Translations under genes and position numbers: made by a program
Assembly (NCBI GenBank): GCA_963663965.2
Contig: CAXXFK010000025.1
Span: 96,001 to 160,000 of the forward strand
Direction: 5' to 3'
Length of the DNA: 64,000 nt
From: Sedimentisphaerales bacterium
GTDB taxonomy: Bacteria; Planctomycetota; Phycisphaerae; Sedimentisphaerales; SM23-30
Shown here: positions 59,279 through 64,000 of the stretch, piece by piece
Position numbering within the stretch: position 1 is the stretch's first letter
Layout: each line of letters starts with the position of its first letter
The notes under the pieces: generated by a model
Databases searched by the model: none
What the model was told of the DNA's origin: nothing
Seen by the model: only the letters and a program-made list of their open reading frames with translations

Positions 59279-61858
59279 TCAGATCTGAGCGATACCCAGA
59301 AAGTCATAACTGAGCCTGGTTTGGAAGATTGAGATGCGAGCCAGGGCTTCGCGCAGGGCCTGGCGTTCGGAATCGGCCAGTTTGTCGATATCAAGCTCAT
59401 CGTTAACGCGGCGCAGATCTTCATGGCAGATGATCTGGTTATAAAAGCGTAAGCGCCAGAGTTGTTCAAAGGTGGCCAGCATATCGCGACAGGTGTCACC
59501 CTGAATGAGGTTGCGCTGCTTGAGCTGCTCGAGTCGCTGGACCGTTGCCGGCGCCGTGATGCCATTCTTAAGGGCATAGATGCGGGCAAAGTTGACAATG
59601 GGGATGATGCAGTCTTTGATGTTGATAGCGCGAATCCCGTTTTGTTCTTCCGTTCGTATCCGTCCAAAGACATTGAGTGGTGGCTGATAGGACAGGCAGT
59701 TGCGGGCGAAATGCAGCAAAAATTCTGGATGGTTATTCGTAGCTGAGATCATGTGTTGCTTGAGTGCTTCGGCCAGGGTTTCACTGCCATATAAACAACG
59801 GATATCAAAGATAGTGTGGATGTCGAGAATGGATTCTTTGAGCGCGGATTCGATCCGATCGGTAAAGCGTTTCTTCCACTCATCCAGTGTCAGGCACCAG
59901 GTGGGATTGACGGCCATAATGCCGCCCGGGCAGAACGGGTAGCCGGCCCGATCCAGTAACGTACAAACGCGATCAGCCAGTTTCAGGAAGTGCAATCGAA
60001 TACTTTCCAGCTGTTCCGGTGGTTGGTTGTCAAATATCAGGGCGTTGTCCTGATCAGAAAACAGCGTCATTTCGTGGCGTGCATTACTGCCCAGGGTAAG
60101 CCAGGTGAATTCAACCTGGGGAGTATTAAGCTGGTCAATAGTGAGTTGAATAAAACGACGCATGGTGGCTTCGAAGATGGTGCAAACCGCCTGCCGGATC
60201 GTATGGGACGGGATGTTGGCTAACATCATCTCTTTGACCATACCGCCCTGGCGGTTGAGGGTGTGAATAATATGGCCGGAGCTTTTGCTGTTTTGAATTT
60301 CCCGGATGAGGTCTGCGGGCAGGTTTTCGTTTGGCCTGGGCAACTTTTCGCTGTGATTTTGCAGCAATGGGTTGCGGGCGGTTATTTTACGAATAGAAAG
60401 AATATGGCCATTTTTTTCACTGAAGAAGATCCGTGAGGTGCGTAAAATGACGTCCAGCGGAGTACCACTTTTGGTTATGATCTGGGCTTCAAATTCACCG
60501 GCAGTAATCTGACCAGCTAATAGTTGCTCGATATGAGCGCGCGCTTCCTGATTGACCGGAATATCCGGAAGAAGGGTGGACCAGATCCGGCTGCCCGCCA
60601 ATTCCTCTTCACTGTAGCCCAGCATGCGCTGTAAGGTGAGATTGGAAAAGATGCTCTCCCCTTCAATGACCAGCAGATGGCCTTCGTTGGAGGCCTCAAC
60701 CAGGGCGCGATAACGTTCTTTGGCTTCCAGCAGTCCGGCCTCAGCCCGTCGCCGGTCTTTTTCAATCCGGTGACTTTGAGCGACCACATATATGATGACC
60801 ATGAACAGCAAGAGCGCGATGAGAACAAATATCTGGGTCAATCGGGTAGTGATACGGTCAATTTCTTCCTGGACGTCATGGATATATACCCCGGTACCGA
60901 TAATCCAGCCCCAGCGTGGAATAGCCCGGACATAAGAAAGCTTGGGAACGACCTTGGTGGCATCATCCATCCATTGCCAGTGATATTCCAGGTACCCTTC
61001 GCCATGGGCGCGGACGATATTGACAAACTCGACGAACAATTTCTTGCCGCTACGGTCCTGACTATCCTGGTAATCCGAAAGATCCTGACCGACCAGGTCG
61101 GGGCGGTAGGGGTGCAGAATCATCCTGGGATGCATATCGGTGATCCAGAAATAGTCTTTATTGTCCTGGCCGTAGCGCATGACCTGAATGTCGGAAATGG
61201 CTTTTTCCTGCGCTTGGGATCGGGTTAGTTGTCCGGCGATTTCCTGTTCGATATAACGATCAACAATCGAGGTGGCGGCCAGGGTCAGTTCGCGGATCAT
61301 CTCTTTTTTACGATCGACGATGATCTGGCGAAAGACCGGGATCTCAACCGTAAAAATAGCGACGACAAAGAGAATGATCGCAATCACGGTCGGCAATACG
61401 ATATGAAAATGGAAAGTCGATTCCCTTTTTTTATTATGTTCTTTACGGTGAAGGTAGGCTTTGCCCTTAAAGTAGTCTTCCAGTTCGATCTTGCTCAGAA
61501 TGGTTTCGCGGGCGGCGAGTTCTTCGTGGTCGTGATATTTTTCTTTAAAGGCGCCGTTGGTAAAATCACTGCGTTGTGGCAGATAACCGTTGTAATCATC
61601 CTTGAGATGCTGTTCAAACACCGATTGAATCTGTTCACGGGAATATTTGCCCTCAAACTCCGCGTAGGCATCTTCCAGCGCTTCACGACAGTGGCGAAAT
61701 TTGCGATGCTCGTAAGGATTATAATGAGAGTTGCGGCCGGATTGCAGAAATTCACCCAGACTTTCCGATTCGAAGAAACCATCGATCCACTTATGGATGT
61801 CTTCGGCTCGGATACCGAAGAGGGCTTCGGTATGATCGGCATGGGATGAAATTTTCAT
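59279..61858 (-). CDS. Membrane sensor: His-rich N-terminal domain, TM, single Cache, TM, PAS, DUF294 nucleotidyltransferase, DUF294_C
   Basis: Cache (MRYG..DYFWI.D...MILHP...PKLSYV....WGWIIGTGVY) and PAS (YRALVE...N...MLGYSEEEL). NTase LGSNARHEMTLFSDQDNAL, CPGGIMA.NP.W and IFDIR. Confidence 0.88.
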   Translation of the reverse strand: MKISSHADHTEALFGIRAEDIHKWIDGFFESESLGEFLQSGRNSHYNPYEHRKFRHCREALEDAYAEFEGKYSREQIQSVFEQHLKDDYNGYLPQRSDFTNGAFKEKYHDHEELAARETILSKIELEDYFKGKAYLHRKEHNKKRESTFHFHIVLPTVIAIILFVVAIFTVEIPVFRQIIVDRKKEMIRELTLAATSIVDRYIEQEIAGQLTRSQAQEKAISDIQVMRYGQDNKDYFWITDMHPRMILHPYRPDLVGQDLSDYQDSQDRSGKKLFVEFVNIVRAHGEGYLEYHWQWMDDATKVVPKLSYVRAIPRWGWIIGTGVYIHDVQEEIDRITTRLTQIFVLIALLLFMVIIYVVAQSHRIEKDRRRAEAGLLEAKERYRALVEASNEGHLLVIEGESIFSNLTLQRMLGYSEEELAGSRIWSTLLPDIPVNQEARAHIEQLLAGQITAGEFEAQIITKSGTPLDVILRTSRIFFSEKNGHILSIRKITARNPLLQNHSEKLPRPNENLPADLIREIQNSKSSGHIIHTLNRQGGMVKEMMLANIPSHTIRQAVCTIFEATMRRFIQLTIDQLNTPQVEFTWLTLGSNARHEMTLFSDQDNALIFDNQPPEQLESIRLHFLKLADRVCTLLDRAGYPFCPGGIMAVNPTWCLTLDEWKKRFTDRIESALKESILDIHTIFDIRCLYGSETLAEALKQHMISATNNHPEFLLHFARNCLSYQPPLNVFGRIRTEEQNGIRAINIKDCIIPIVNFARIYALKNGITAPATVQRLEQLKQRNLIQGDTCRDMLATFEQLWRLRFYNQIICHEDLRRVNDELDIDKLADSERQALREALARISIFQTRLSYDFLGIAQI

Positions 61859-63351
61859 GGTAATTCAGGATATTGATAAATAGTGATATCCATAAAGGCA
61901 GTACGTTTTGGTGTTCCCAGTCTGGTTTCGAGCGCCTGGAGCAACAGGCCATCCGGATCGCTGGTCTCGCCGTGGGATTCAACCAGCCAGGTCGGACTGC
62001 CAGGTGTCAGCAATGGTTCGATTTCAACCTGCATGGCTTTCGGTTTAGACAACTCGGTATGCTCCAATACTTTTTGGATGGGAAAATATTTCAATTTCAG
62101 ATCATTGGAATGAGCGTAATAAGCATAAGGAAAATCCAGACAGTAGGCGGCATGAAACAGGATGGTACTGCCCGGCTGGGCATGGTTTTCGACATAGGCC
62201 ACGGCGTCGCGCCATTGTTCTTTCTGAACTTTGGGGTAGTAGCGGTAAATTGGCACTAATGAAAATCCCAGTATCAGCAAGGTCAGGCACCACCGTCCCG
62301 GACGCACAGGGATATTGGATATCCCCAGGGCGATGAGCAGGTAAAGCGGGTATGACATGATGATGACATATCGATGCGAATAGTTTACTGAAAACAGATA
62401 CGAAGCGATAAACGGCAGTAACAGCCCGGAGAAGAACCAGATACTGACAAAGAACAGTAACCCGCCGGGTTGGGAGGATTCCTGGCGCAAATGGCGCGCT
62501 CTGAAGGTGGGTAGCCACGACAGGGCGCCGGTTATCAGCAATAAAGCCGTAAAGGGGGTGTGATAAGCTCCGATTTTCAGAAAAACAGTCCAGATTTCCG
62601 CCAAACCGGGTTTGGGGGATACGGCATGGCCGGAATTGACTTTCTGGACAACGGTAAGGGCTTGCTGGATCCAGGGCAAAAACAGGATGATAAGCGCCGA
62701 TTGCAGGGCAATCCAGCGTTTCCAGGATAACTCATGGGATACTCGGCGAAACATTAACAATAGCCAGTGGATGTTCTGGGTGACAATTGGAAAGATGCCA
62801 TACGGATGGCTGTATAGCAATAAGGCGCTGCCAATCAGGTAAATAGTCAGCCATCGGCCGGAATAATTACGCAGGAGTTTCAGATAGGCCAGAATTGAAA
62901 CCGCGCTGAGGCAGTTTAACAGGGCATAGGCCCGGGCTTCCTGCGCGAATCGGATATCGTACAAAGTCAGCGCAGCGATCAACGTTGCAATTAGGGCGAT
63001 ACTGCGGCGGGTAAGCCATGCGGTGATAAAATAAAATAGCGCAATTCCGGTGATACTGTAAATGACAGAAGGCATCCGAAGAGATATTTCGCTGATCCCG
63101 AAGAACTTGGTCCAGTAATGCAGGATGATATAGTATAGTGGAGGGTTGAAGTCGATTCGAAGTACCGCGGACAGTAATTTGGATATTGAATGCGATGAAA
63201 TATACCAGGAAAAACTTTCATCCAGCCAGAGACTTTCGCCGCCCAGATCATAAATTCTCGGAATAGCCGCTGTTATCAGTACACCTGTTAATAACATAAT
63301 TCCAATTTTGGGCGTGAGCCAATTGGGTTTTGCTTGTCCATTCGGGTTCAT
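61855..63351 (-). CDS. GT39/ArnT-like (GT-C fold) membrane glycosyltransferase
   Basis: SLWLDE, NPPLYY, EISLRMPS and FAQEARAYAL, with many TM helices. Confidence 0.88.
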   Translation of the reverse strand: MNPNGQAKPNWLTPKIGIMLLTGVLITAAIPRIYDLGGESLWLDESFSWYISSHSISKLLSAVLRIDFNPPLYYIILHYWTKFFGISEISLRMPSVIYSITGIALFYFITAWLTRRSIALIATLIAALTLYDIRFAQEARAYALLNCLSAVSILAYLKLLRNYSGRWLTIYLIGSALLLYSHPYGIFPIVTQNIHWLLLMFRRVSHELSWKRWIALQSALIILFLPWIQQALTVVQKVNSGHAVSPKPGLAEIWTVFLKIGAYHTPFTALLLITGALSWLPTFRARHLRQESSQPGGLLFFVSIWFFSGLLLPFIASYLFSVNYSHRYVIIMSYPLYLLIALGISNIPVRPGRWCLTLLILGFSLVPIYRYYPKVQKEQWRDAVAYVENHAQPGSTILFHAAYCLDFPYAYYAHSNDLKLKYFPIQKVLEHTELSKPKAMQVEIEPLLTPGSPTWLVESHGETSDPDGLLLQALETRLGTPKRTAFMDITIYQYPELP

Positions 63352-64000
63352 AGGCTTCCTGCTAATATGTTGGCAATTTGCTTGCCGGCTGTTCCATCGC
63401 CATAGGGATTGGTCTGGCCAATCATTTTCTGGTAGGCGTTCGTTGAATTCAGCAAATCTTCGGCCACTTTAACAATTTGAGCGTGATCAGTTCCCACCAG
63501 TTTTGCCAGGCCCTGGTCCATCGCTTCGGGGCGTTCGGTTACAAAGCGAGTGACCAGAACAGGTTTCTGCAGGGCGGGCGCTTCTTCCTGAATACCACCG
63601 GAATCCGTTATGATCAGGAAAGATTGTTTCATCAAATAAAGAAACGACAGGTATTCAACCGGTTCGATTAACAAAATGCGCGGATGATTACCCAGAATAC
63701 GGCGGACCGGTTCCTGTACATTGGGATTGAGATGAACCGGATAGACCAGTAAGGTATCGGTAAATTTTTCGGCGATGTCATGCAGGGCCAGGCACATCTG
63801 CTCAAATTGCGGGCCGAAACTCTCTCGCCGATGGCCGGTAATCAAAATTAATCGCTTGTTGATGAGTCGATTGTGATCAAAGCACTCAATTTCCGGCTGA
63901 CGATCTCCCAGAATATTTAATCCCAGTAATAATGCGTCCACGGCGGTATTCCCGGTAATATAGATGTGATCCGCAGGAATGCCTTCGTCTAACAGGTTAT
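63348..64000 (-). CDS. wecB: UDP-N-acetylglucosamine 2-epimerase (5' end outside the window)
   Basis: ITGNTAVDA, TGHRRESFG, YPVHLNPNV, TDSGGIQEEAP, TERPE and NPYGDG. Confidence 0.95.
   Translation of the reverse strand, partial: NLLDEGIPADHIYITGNTAVDALLLGLNILGDRQPEIECFDHNRLINKRLILITGHRRESFGPQFEQMCLALHDIAEKFTDTLLVYPVHLNPNVQEPVRRILGNHPRILLIEPVEYLSFLYLMKQSFLIITDSGGIQEEAPALQKPVLVTRFVTERPEAMDQGLAKLVGTDHAQIVKVAEDLLNSTNAYQKMIGQTNPYGDGTAGKQIANILAGSL

Noticed and set aside
1..64000. tRNA or rRNA genes
   Set aside because: No cloverleaf/T-loop signatures or rRNA-like stretches were noticed by eye. Not confirmed computationally.

Overview
Bacterial chromosomal window that looks like Planctomycetota (Phycisphaerae-like). 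This is inferred from a prepilin/H-X9-DG protein, a planctomycete-type ECF sigma/anti-sigma pair, and many secreted proteins ending in a dockerin-like DxxGDxxVxxxD...WL motif. (1) About 0.2-8.7 kb is an accessory array of seven same-strand, AT-rich small genes. Three are paralogues and one is Imm32-like. A five-copy mosaic repeat lies among them, built from an Rhs-core-like fragment, GACAGGAT units, an optional hairpin and the start of a GxxExxY gene. An IS256 element with an 8-bp target duplication sits in the array, and a complete group II intron is inserted into that element's terminal inverted repeat. (2) About 9-42.6 kb is a glycan-degradation region: GH106, a prepilin-like protein, a frameshifted GH71/99-like gene, GH28, a BNR-4/GH143-like protein, GH95, an esterase-glycosidase fusion, an FAD oxidoreductase and a second GH106-like gene, plus a ~2,840-aa GLUG/PASTA surface protein. 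(3) 43-59 kb has an ECF sigma and FecR-type anti-sigma followed by large secreted proteins, including a lamin-tail/CotH protein. (4) 59-64 kb is a minus-strand, translationally coupled operon of wecB, a GT39-type glycosyltransferase and an unusual membrane sensor (His-rich domain, Cache, PAS, DUF294 nucleotidyltransferase). All family calls come from motif recognition by eye; no database searches were run.
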